A stretch of DNA of 64,000 nucleotides from assembly GCA_030017715.1 (NCBI GenBank), contig JASEIU010000001.1, positions 782,276 to 846,275 of the forward strand, in the 5' to 3' direction. The DNA is from Candidatus Saccharicenans sp. (GTDB lineage Bacteria; Acidobacteriota; Aminicenantia; Aminicenantales; Saccharicenantaceae). A program made the translations under genes and the position numbers. Below are positions 56,069 to 64,000 of the stretch, piece after piece. Positions within the stretch are counted from its first letter, which is position 1; every line of letters starts with the position of its first letter. The notes below the pieces were generated by a model. It was not told the origin of the DNA and did not search any database. It saw only the letters and a list, made by a program, of their open reading frames with translations.

Positions 56069-57520
56069 TTACATGGCCCGGACCAGGAAATAATCCGGGA
56101 CCTCCAGGCCGTAATCTTCGGGGTTGATCTCCTTGACTATAGTCCGTTTAAATTTTCTGGACTGGTGGTCAACCTCGCTCAGGTCGACCACCTGGCCGTC
56201 GATTTTCTGCCCCTGGCTGTCGACAATGATTTTAACTCTGGGCCGCAGCAGGAATCTGGTCTCCTGGTTGTTCTCCACCACCAGGCCGACCTCGCCGGTG
56301 CTCAGCAGCACCAGGGAGCCGACCGGGAAGATGCCCATCATCTGGACAAAAGTCTTGAGAATGACCGGGTTGAACTCAGTGCCGATGTTCTCCAGCATCA
56401 TACTCAGGGCTTGCGAACGGGTGAAGGTCTTTTTCCGGTAGACGCGCTTGGTGGTAATGGCGTCGAAGAAATCGCAGACCTTGACGATGCGACTGTAAAG
56501 GTTGATGTCGCTCTTTGTTTTGAGCCGGGGGTAACCGGTCAGGTCTTCCTTGATGTGGTGTTCCATGGCCACATGAATGGCGCTGACCGGCAGTCTTCGG
56601 AATTGACGCAGCTTGACCAATTTTTCGGCGCCCTGGTGGGGATGAAGCTCCATGATCTTTCTTTCGTCGTCGGTCAACTGGCCGGGCTTGTTGAGAATCT
56701 CCAGCGGGGTCTCAATCTTGCCCAGGTCGTGGAAAAAGGCGGCCAGGCCCAGGTCCACCAGCTCGGCCCTGGACAATCCCAGCCTCCGTCCCAGGGCTAC
56801 GGCCAGCAGGCTGACGTTGACCGAGTGATTGAGGGTGTATTCGTCATGATTTTTTATAGTGGTCAGACCGAGCAGAAAAGATTCGTTGTCCACCAGATGG
56901 TTGAAGATGGACTGGATAAGGCGGCGGGTGGTGTTAAGCCGGATTTGCTCATTTTCCCTGTTCCTTTCCGACACCTCCCGCAGGTGAAGGATGCTGAGGA
57001 AAAAGAGGCGGGCGGCGCTTTTCTCCGGACTGGGCAGTCTTTCTGATGCTTCCAGCTTTTCCAGCCTGACCCGCTCCACGTTCTGCTGGATCAGCTCGCT
57101 GACAATATCTTCAAAGGGAGTGGCCGAGCTCCTCTTCTGGCAGAGGATATTGACCGTCCGGAGAAGTTCATCCCGGTCCAGGTCGGCTTCAAATGTCAGC
57201 AAGCCGATTTCCCGCTTGCGAAATTCTTCCAGCAGGAACTTGAAAATCGGATAGTTGGCCAGGGAAAATTTTAGCCGGTTCTGGTTGAAGAAAATGGACT
57301 CGCGCTTGATTTTGAAACTGACTTCGGCCGAGGCCGCCTTCAGTTCCTGCAGGTTCTGGAAGAGCAGCTCGGTCTGTTCCTGGAGCAGCTCGTTATTTTC
57401 GGCATACAGCCTCAAAATCTTAAAAACGATGTAAAACCGGATCAGAAAATTTATGGCCAGTTTCTGCAGTCCTGAGCCGGTGGCCTGTTTTTCTTCCGGT
57501 GGTAGTTTTTCCTCGCTCAT
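56069..57520 (-). CDS. HD-GYP domain protein (putative cyclic di-nucleotide phosphodiesterase)
   Basis: HSVNV, FHDLGK, HP..G, HHIKEDLTGYP, DFFDAITTKRVYR. Confidence 0.88.
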   Translation of the reverse strand: MSEEKLPPEEKQATGSGLQKLAINFLIRFYIVFKILRLYAENNELLQEQTELLFQNLQELKAASAEVSFKIKRESIFFNQNRLKFSLANYPIFKFLLEEFRKREIGLLTFEADLDRDELLRTVNILCQKRSSATPFEDIVSELIQQNVERVRLEKLEASERLPSPEKSAARLFFLSILHLREVSERNRENEQIRLNTTRRLIQSIFNHLVDNESFLLGLTTIKNHDEYTLNHSVNVSLLAVALGRRLGLSRAELVDLGLAAFFHDLGKIETPLEILNKPGQLTDDERKIMELHPHQGAEKLVKLRQFRRLPVSAIHVAMEHHIKEDLTGYPRLKTKSDINLYSRIVKVCDFFDAITTKRVYRKKTFTRSQALSMMLENIGTEFNPVILKTFVQMMGIFPVGSLVLLSTGEVGLVVENNQETRFLLRPRVKIIVDSQGQKIDGQVVDLSEVDHQSRKFKRTIVKEINPEDYGLEVPDYFLVRAM

Positions 57521-57534
57521 TTCTTATCCGCCTC

Positions 57535-59403
57535 TTATCTTCCCCCGGTTAACCTGGCCAGAGCCTGGCTGCTTGCTTCCCGGACCCTCCGGTTCAGGAA
57601 TTTTTCCCCGCGGCGCAGGAGCTCCACAGCTTCGGGGCTGCGGTTAGCTTCCAGTCCGGCCAGGGCGCACAGCCTGAGCTCGGTGGCCACCGGCAGCCAG
57701 GATTTCTTCAGGTACATCCGGCGCAAAAAATTAAAGGCCTCGGGGTTGCGGCTCCGGCCGAGAAATTCGAACAGAGCCTTTTTTTCTTCAAAAGGTTTTT
57801 GCCGGAAAGCCCGGCTGCCGGCCTCCCTTATCAACTGGCTGAGGCGGCTGGCGTCACCCAGGTACTTCAGGCTTTCGGTGGCTTTGAGCCGAACCTCCGG
57901 GTGGCGGTCGTTCATGAAGCCCAGCAGGATCCGGTTGGCCATTTCGTCCTGGAAGGTGCCCAGGGCTTCTATGGCTTTAATTTTCAAGCCGGCGTCGGCA
58001 ATCGTCAGGAAATTGCTGAACTGGGGAATTATTTTCGGACAGGACAATTCCTTCATCAGCTCAATCACTGCGGCGGTCAGGGCCGGCTTCTGGTCGTCAA
58101 TAAAGATAGAGGCCAGGGCCGGATTTTCGAGCAGTTTGCTCCGGACCAGGTTCCGGACCTTTTCCCTGAATTCCGGGTGGTCGATTTTCTCGTAGAGTTC
58201 GCCCAGGAAGGGCAGGGCTCTCTGGCCGAACTGATTCAGGTAATCAAACAGGGCCAGGTAGTTGAATTCAATTTTCTGGTCAACCAGTTTCCTGATTTCA
58301 TCCAGGATCTGCAAACTGCTGCAACTGGCGGCAAAGGCCTCCAGACCCGGGAGTTTTTCTGGCTGGTCACCGGCCACCAGCTCTTTGAGCTCTCTTATTT
58401 TCTTATCCAGCAGAATCGGAATCTCAAAACGGCCGGCCTTGATGCTTTCCTGATAAAAGTCCCTGAGAATGTCCAGGTTGACCTGATACTGCTGCGGGTC
58501 TTTTTCCAGGGCCAGGATCTCCATCATCAGGTTAAGGAATTCTTCTTCCGGCGAAAGATGGCGGTTTCTCTCGACCAACCGGTTAAGGAACTCCATTTCC
58601 TCCGGGCTGAGGTCCACCCGGTCGGCCAGGTCGCCGGCAGCTTTTGGCCGCTCGGGAGTAACCACCTCATTTTCTGGCTGACTTTCCGGTTCACCTTCGT
58701 CCAGACTGAGGGTTTGCTGCCAGGTTTCCGGCAGGTCGGGTAATTCCTGATCCTCAAATGTTTCCAGAGCCTGTTTCTCTTCGGGGCGGAGTTCCAGCTT
58801 TCCAGAAAAAATCTTTTCCGGGTCGACCTTGATCTCCACTGTCCGTCCGGCCAGTTCCTGCGGTATTATCTGTAGCCCTTTCTTGTTCAGGCTTTCGGCT
58901 CGTTCTTCCAGGATCCGGTTTTCGATGAATTCTTCCGGGGCATAATACTGGACGTTGGCCAGGTCTTTCAGCCACAGGGCGTTGACCAGGTCGGATTCTT
59001 CGGCCGGTTTGGCCGACTCCGACCGCACCAGTTCCAGAAACTCGCCGATTTCCTGTTCATCCATTCCCTGGTAAAGGGCCAGCACCCGCAGCCCGTCTTT
59101 GTAGAAAAAGAAAGGCAGGCTCTTGCTGGAGATCTCATCCTGGTAGACGGGCTTGCCCTGGCAGTAGAAAGCGAATTCGCCTATTTCCAGCTCCAGTTTC
59201 TGAAACTGGTCAAGATAAGCTTTGAGTTTGGATATGAAATCCTGCCTGAAGTGAACGGCCGAGGCGTGGTGAGAAGGGAAAATCTTCAGGGCGGAAATGG
59301 TATTGGCCAGGGCCAGTACCACTTCTCTGGCTTTCTGAAAGGCCAGAGCTTCATATTCCTGCTCGGACAGGACCTGATTGCCTTTCTTGATTTCGGAATC
59401 CAT
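57535..59403 (-). CDS. HEAT-repeat protein
   Basis: N-terminal ALKIFPSHH...FFYKDGLR..WL; C-terminal helical repeats (KAIEALG, EVRLKA, VREA..AL). Confidence 0.7.
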   Translation of the reverse strand: MDSEIKKGNQVLSEQEYEALAFQKAREVVLALANTISALKIFPSHHASAVHFRQDFISKLKAYLDQFQKLELEIGEFAFYCQGKPVYQDEISSKSLPFFFYKDGLRVLALYQGMDEQEIGEFLELVRSESAKPAEESDLVNALWLKDLANVQYYAPEEFIENRILEERAESLNKKGLQIIPQELAGRTVEIKVDPEKIFSGKLELRPEEKQALETFEDQELPDLPETWQQTLSLDEGEPESQPENEVVTPERPKAAGDLADRVDLSPEEMEFLNRLVERNRHLSPEEEFLNLMMEILALEKDPQQYQVNLDILRDFYQESIKAGRFEIPILLDKKIRELKELVAGDQPEKLPGLEAFAASCSSLQILDEIRKLVDQKIEFNYLALFDYLNQFGQRALPFLGELYEKIDHPEFREKVRNLVRSKLLENPALASIFIDDQKPALTAAVIELMKELSCPKIIPQFSNFLTIADAGLKIKAIEALGTFQDEMANRILLGFMNDRHPEVRLKATESLKYLGDASRLSQLIREAGSRAFRQKPFEEKKALFEFLGRSRNPEAFNFLRRMYLKKSWLPVATELRLCALAGLEANRSPEAVELLRRGEKFLNRRVREASSQALARLTGGR

Positions 59404-59420
59404 TGTTTGAAGTCAGGCAT

Positions 59421-59450
59421 AGTTTAATTCAGCTATGAAAAAATAGTCAA
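59421..59450 (-). promoter_or_regulatory. Putative promoter for the HEAT/HD-GYP pair
   Basis: TTGACT-18-TAAACT in the rhaA-HEAT gap. Confidence 0.4.
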
Positions 59451-59471
59451 ATGGCTTATGAGGGGATAGGG

Positions 59472-60734
59472 TCAGCGCTGACTCAGCACCTGTTCCTCGT
59501 AGTCCTTAACCTCGGCCAGCCACATGTTTTCGGGCGGGACGTTGTGGTTCAAACAGTAATAATCCCAGACCGCTCCCAGCGGCAGGTCGCGGGCCATCTG
59601 CCTCCAGGTCAGCTTGGTCAGGCTTTCTCCGGCCAGCTCGGCCTGTTTGATCCTTTCCCGAGGAAGAAGCAGGGCCCGGAGCAGGCTGCGCAGGGTGGAC
59701 CTGGCCCCCAGGACCCAGGCTCCGACCCGGTTCAGCGAGGCGTCGAAGTAATCCAGGGCCAGGTGAATCTTTTCCGGGAAGGAGGAGTTGACAATTTCCT
59801 CGGCCAGGGTGTCCAGCTCGTCATTTCCGATAACCACGTGGTCGCTGTCCCAGCGCAGACCGCGGCTGAGGTGGAGAAGCAGTTCGCTGCTGACCTGAAG
59901 AATGGCCGACAGCTTGTCAGCCACCGATTCGGTCGGGTGGAAATGACCCAGGTCCAGACAGACCATTTTTCCCTTCTTCAGGGCGTAAGCCAGGTAGAAT
60001 TCATGGGAGCCGACCACGAAGGCCTCGCTGCCCAGTCCGAAGAGCTTGCTTTCCAGCGAGTCCTTGAGCAGTGTCTGGGAGAATTCCAGCTCAAAGATTT
60101 CTTCCAGGGAATCATAAAGGAGCTGGCGGTAAAGCCAGCGGTCGGATGGTATATCCTTCAGGCCGTCCGGAATCCAGAGGTTATGTATGGAATAGGACTT
60201 CAGCTCCCGGCCAAAAAAAGCGGCAATCTTGCGGCAGCACCTGACATGCTCGATCCAGAACTTTCTGACTTCTTTCCGGGGGTGGCTCAGGGTCAGACCC
60301 GAAGCCGCTTTGGGATGGTTGAAGCAGGTGGCGTTAAAATCCAGCTTAAGGTTCAGGGTTTTGGCCCAGTCCAGCCAGCTCCGGAAATGTGATGGTTCAT
60401 ATTCATTGCGCTCGACCGGCCCGTTGAATTCACCGTAGATGGAATGGAGGTTGACCCGGTGCCGCCCCGGTATCAGCGACAGGGCTTTTTCCAGGTCCTG
60501 GCGGAGCTCAATCGCATTTCTGGCCCGGCCTGGATAGTTTCCGGTGACCTGCAGGCCCGATCCCTCAAAGTTGATTTCCTGCCACTCAAAGCCCTGGACG
60601 TCGTCCCCCTGCCAGCAATGAATGCTGACCTGGAATTTCTGCAGTTCTTCCAGAGCCTTCTCGGTATCAATGCCCAGCTCGCCATATTTTTCCCGGGCTT
60701 CCCGGTAAAGTTTATCAACTACGGTCAAATCCAT
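59472..60734 (-). CDS. rhaA: L-rhamnose isomerase
   Basis: SIHCWQGDDV.GFE, TGNYPGRAR, WIPDG.KD, ESKLFG.GSE, RWDSDHV; ATG 60734 follows GGAGG. Confidence 0.95.
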   Translation of the reverse strand: MDLTVVDKLYREAREKYGELGIDTEKALEELQKFQVSIHCWQGDDVQGFEWQEINFEGSGLQVTGNYPGRARNAIELRQDLEKALSLIPGRHRVNLHSIYGEFNGPVERNEYEPSHFRSWLDWAKTLNLKLDFNATCFNHPKAASGLTLSHPRKEVRKFWIEHVRCCRKIAAFFGRELKSYSIHNLWIPDGLKDIPSDRWLYRQLLYDSLEEIFELEFSQTLLKDSLESKLFGLGSEAFVVGSHEFYLAYALKKGKMVCLDLGHFHPTESVADKLSAILQVSSELLLHLSRGLRWDSDHVVIGNDELDTLAEEIVNSSFPEKIHLALDYFDASLNRVGAWVLGARSTLRSLLRALLLPRERIKQAELAGESLTKLTWRQMARDLPLGAVWDYYCLNHNVPPENMWLAEVKDYEEQVLSQR

Positions 60735-60804
60735 TATCAACCCTCCAGATGATGATTTTTTATAATTTTGGGGCTCCGGTGTCAAGACCGCCGGTCGAAA
60801 TTGC

Positions 60805-62277
60805 TCATTTTAAGCCGGTGACCCGGAGAAAATCCTGGTAACGTTCGGACCAGAATTCGGGGTGCAGGGGGGCGAATTCTTTTATTTCAAAAGAGCGCCT
60901 GACCACCTCTCTTATTTCCTGTCGGTCGGTCAGGGTTTCCGCGGCCAGGGCCTGGACCAGGATATTGCCGGCCGAAGTGGCTTCATCCGGTCCGGCCAGC
61001 ACCCGCAGTCCGGTGGCTTCGGCGGTGAACTGGTTGAGCAAATGGTTGCGCGAACCCCCTCCAATCAGGTGAATGGTTCTGAATTTCCGGCCGGTCAACC
61101 GGCTGAGTTCTTCCACCACCAGCCGGCTCTTGAAGGCCAGACTCTCCAGAATGGCTCTGACCGTGGTCCCGATGCCGTCGGGTTCTCTCTGGCCGGTCTT
61201 CCGGGCATAGGCCTTTATGGCCGTAACCATATTGTCCGGGTTGAGAAACTCGGGGGCATCCGGGTCAAGGTAGAATTGAAAGGGCCGGGCGGCTGAGGCC
61301 ATTTCCACCAGTTGGTCATAATGCAGGTCCCGGTTTCTGGCCCAGACCTTGCGACATTGCTGCAGCGGCCAGAGTCCGGTGACGTTCTTGAGGAAGCGGA
61401 TGGTACGTCCCAGCCCGCTCTCGTTGGTGAAATTGGCGGCCAAAGAGTCGCCGGTTATCACTGGCTCCGGCAGTTCCACTCCGACCAGCGACCAGGTGCC
61501 GCAGCTGATGTACAGCCAGTCTTCACCCCGGCCGGGGGCGGCGGCCACGGCTGAAGCCGTGTCATGGCTGGCCACCTGGACCACTTCAATGGCCGGAGCT
61601 CCATCTTTCACCAACCAGTCGGAAATTTTACCCAGGTTGGTTCCGGGCTGGTTGATCTCGGGCAGGATTCCGGATGGAATCCCCATTCTTTCCAGAAGCT
61701 CAGGTACCCAGCTTCGACTGACAGGCGACAGTATCTGCGAGGTGGAAGCGATGGTCAGCTCGGTAACCTTCTTCCCGGTCAGCAGATAATTGATCAGGTC
61801 CGGGGTAAAAAGCAACTTCCGGGCAGCTTTAATTATTCCCGGATTCTCTTCAAGGTAACAGTAGAGCTGGAAGAGCGAGTTGAACGGAAGGAACTGAATT
61901 CCAGTCAGCCGGTAAAGCTCATCGCCGGAAAAATTCTTAAAATATCTCTCCATGGCTGCCGGGAACGACCGGTGACGGTAACAATAGGGAAGGGTGAGCA
62001 GGTTGCCCCGCTCGTCCAGCAGGCCGAAGTCAACTCCCCAGGTATCCACTCCCAGGCTGGCCACCTCCAGTCCGTTCCGACAGCAATCCTTGAGGACCTT
62101 CCTGATTTCTTCGAAAAGGTAATAGAGGTTCCAGTGCCAGCGGTTTTCGAGGAGAATGGTTTTGTTCGGGAAGCGGTGAATTTCCTTCAGTGTCAGGCGG
62201 CCGGCCTCGAGCCGGCCCAGCATGGCCCGGCCGCTTTCGGCGCCCAGATCAAAAGCCAGGAACTGATCGGGTTTCAT
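60805..62277 (-). CDS. rhaB: Rhamnulokinase
   Basis: DLGAESGR, DTWGVDF, TGIQF..FN, HDTASAV, GTWSL.G, KNVTGLW. Confidence 0.92.
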   Translation of the reverse strand: MKPDQFLAFDLGAESGRAMLGRLEAGRLTLKEIHRFPNKTILLENRWHWNLYYLFEEIRKVLKDCCRNGLEVASLGVDTWGVDFGLLDERGNLLTLPYCYRHRSFPAAMERYFKNFSGDELYRLTGIQFLPFNSLFQLYCYLEENPGIIKAARKLLFTPDLINYLLTGKKVTELTIASTSQILSPVSRSWVPELLERMGIPSGILPEINQPGTNLGKISDWLVKDGAPAIEVVQVASHDTASAVAAAPGRGEDWLYISCGTWSLVGVELPEPVITGDSLAANFTNESGLGRTIRFLKNVTGLWPLQQCRKVWARNRDLHYDQLVEMASAARPFQFYLDPDAPEFLNPDNMVTAIKAYARKTGQREPDGIGTTVRAILESLAFKSRLVVEELSRLTGRKFRTIHLIGGGSRNHLLNQFTAEATGLRVLAGPDEATSAGNILVQALAAETLTDRQEIREVVRRSFEIKEFAPLHPEFWSERYQDFLRVTGLK

Positions 62278-62583
62278 CAGTCTGCCTTTCGCTCAATTTT
62301 TCCGAGAAAGTAATTTTAACCGCATTGGGCCGGAATAATCCAGCTCCGGGCTCTCATTTTTTTGAAATGGAAAGTTTCAATTGGAAGCGCTGACCGCCCG
62401 AGGGCCTGAATTTTCGAGCCCGACCCGGTGCGGCGGAGATGTCTTTTTATATCCGGTGATCTGCCGGCTGGAAGATGCTTATGTTGTCATATCCGGATTT
62501 GAAAAACCGGTGGAGCGATTAATTGTAGCCCCCTTTTTGAAACCACGCTCCGGATAGTTTATATTAAGGAAAGGAAGCAGACT

Positions 62584-63003
62584 ATGAAAATCATTCAGAA
62601 TGAAATTACTGTCTCCACCCGTGGTCACAACGATATCAAGGACCTCACTCCCGAGGTGCAGCGTCAGCTTCAGGCCAGCGGCCTTCGTGAAGGGCAGGCG
62701 CTGGTTTTTGTTCAGGGTTCCACCGCCGGAGTGACCACCATCGAGTACGAGCCGGGGCTGGTTCAGGACCTGTCGGAACTGCTGGAAAAACTGGTGCCGC
62801 AGAACCGAAGCTACCATCATGACCAGCGCTGGGGCGACGCCAACGGTTTTTCTCATCTGAGAGCCTCTCTTTTTGGGCCGTCGCTTCAGGTTCCTTTTTC
62901 CGGCGGCCGGTTAAGGCTGGGCACCTGGCAGCAGATTATCCTGGTTGATTTTGACAACCGGCCGCGAACCAGGAATATTCTTCTGCAGTTTCTGGGTGAA
63001 TAG
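62584..63003 (+). CDS. yjbQ: YjbQ/UPF0047 family protein
   Basis: GSTAG.TTIE, Y.H...D.N..SHLRA, LGTWQQI...DFD.RPR.R. Confidence 0.9.
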   Translation: MKIIQNEITVSTRGHNDIKDLTPEVQRQLQASGLREGQALVFVQGSTAGVTTIEYEPGLVQDLSELLEKLVPQNRSYHHDQRWGDANGFSHLRASLFGPSLQVPFSGGRLRLGTWQQIILVDFDNRPRTRNILLQFLGE

Positions 63004-63083
63004 CCGTCGGCCGAAATTTTCCCGTGACCGGGCTGTCGGGGGGATGATAATCTCGGCCGATGGAGTATAATTAGATAAACAAA

Positions 63084-64000
63084 ATGAGCAGAATCAAAAT
63101 GGACATAGACGACCTTAAAGAAACTCTGAGGAAAAAGACCGGGGACCGGTCGGCGGACAGAGTCAAGGCCCTCTGGCAGGATATTAACTCCCGGAAGAAC
63201 CTGACCACCCGGGAGAAACTGGAAAAACTGCTGGAAATTTCGAGGAAGCAGAAAAAAGAACAACCGGGAAAAACCGTCCCGGCCGGAGAAAGCCCGACCC
63301 GGGGCGGAAGCGGCCAGCCTTTTCTGATTATAGAAAATTCCTATAACCTCGGGGCCCGCTACGGGCAGATACCGCTATTCCTGGGTCTTAACATACCAGG
63401 TCAGGTTCTGGCCGTTCTGGCCCGGGACCGGGAATTTGAAGGCCTGACCCTGTCCGGGTCGGTCTTTATCGACCTGGAGACCACCGGATTGGCCGGGGGC
63501 ACCGGGACCGTGCCTTTTCTGGTCGGCCTGGGCTTTTTCGAAAACGATAGCCTGAAGATAGTCCAGTATTTTCTGAACGACCTGGCGGCAGAAGGCAGGA
63601 TGCTGGAAGATTTGAGGCAACTGCTGGAAGAAAAAAAATTCACTTCGGTTGTCTCCTACAACGGCAAGGGCTTCGACCTGCCGCTGCTGGAGACGAGGTT
63701 TACCCTGAACCGGATGAGGCTGGCTCTGAGCAGCCTGCCCCACCTCGATTTCCTGTACTCGGCGCGGCATCTCTGGAAACATAAGTACGAAAGCTGCCGT
63801 CTGTACGAGCTGGCTCTCAACCACCTGGGTGTTGACCGGGCGGAAGATATTCCTTCAGAGGAAATTCCCTGGCGATATTTTCAATATTTGAGAAGCGGAG
63901 ATTTTTCTCTGGTGGAACCGATTTTTTATCACAACCAGGAAGACCTGATGTCTCTCTATGGAGTGGTCTTGGCCGGCTCCCTGCTGGTGGCCCGAACCCT
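63084..64000 (+). CDS. YprB/RNase H-like DEDD exonuclease domain protein (runs off the right edge)
   Basis: Not in the ORF track. Manual translation gives FIDLETTGLAGGTGT.PFLVG, SYNGKGFDLPLL, HLDFL, HNQED. Confidence 0.85.
   Translation, partial: MSRIKMDIDDLKETLRKKTGDRSADRVKALWQDINSRKNLTTREKLEKLLEISRKQKKEQPGKTVPAGESPTRGGSGQPFLIIENSYNLGARYGQIPLFLGLNIPGQVLAVLARDREFEGLTLSGSVFIDLETTGLAGGTGTVPFLVGLGFFENDSLKIVQYFLNDLAAEGRMLEDLRQLLEEKKFTSVVSYNGKGFDLPLLETRFTLNRMRLALSSLPHLDFLYSARHLWKHKYESCRLYELALNHLGVDRAEDIPSEEIPWRYFQYLRSGDFSLVEPIFYHNQEDLMSLYGVVLAGSLLVART

Overview
A 64 kb, gene-dense, moderately GC-rich bacterial chromosomal segment. The gene complement suggests an anaerobic diderm such as Ca. Aminicenantes/Acidobacteriota; this is inference only. 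It carries housekeeping genes (rnc, pyrR-pyrC, ribF, mazG, frameshifted prfB, coaE, proS, pnp, rpsO), many secreted peptidases/hydrolases, a 4-gene ABC-2 exporter, three orphan pseudopilins and rhamnose catabolism genes (rhaB, rhaA, GH78) interrupted by a HEAT/HD-GYP pair. I found no rRNA, tRNA, CRISPR array or transposase. Best candidate for an undescribed system (43597-50199): a tightly coupled operon of three COG3379-type AlkP-superfamily enzymes with three different targeting signals, a 63-aa ribbon-helix-helix protein carrying the 'RLxxLGY' tail those enzymes lack, and a bacterial DUF106/EMC3/TMCO1-like (Oxa1-superfamily) membrane protein. Second candidate (15150-17750): a VpsT/CsgD-like pseudo-receiver LuxR regulator with three PilZ paralogues, recurring TCAYCYC heptamers and a structured intergenic RNA candidate. 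Also present are a family of intergenic hairpin repeats (4 copies) and an unannotated 56-aa ORF upstream of rpsO. All family assignments come from motif recognition by eye, not database searches.
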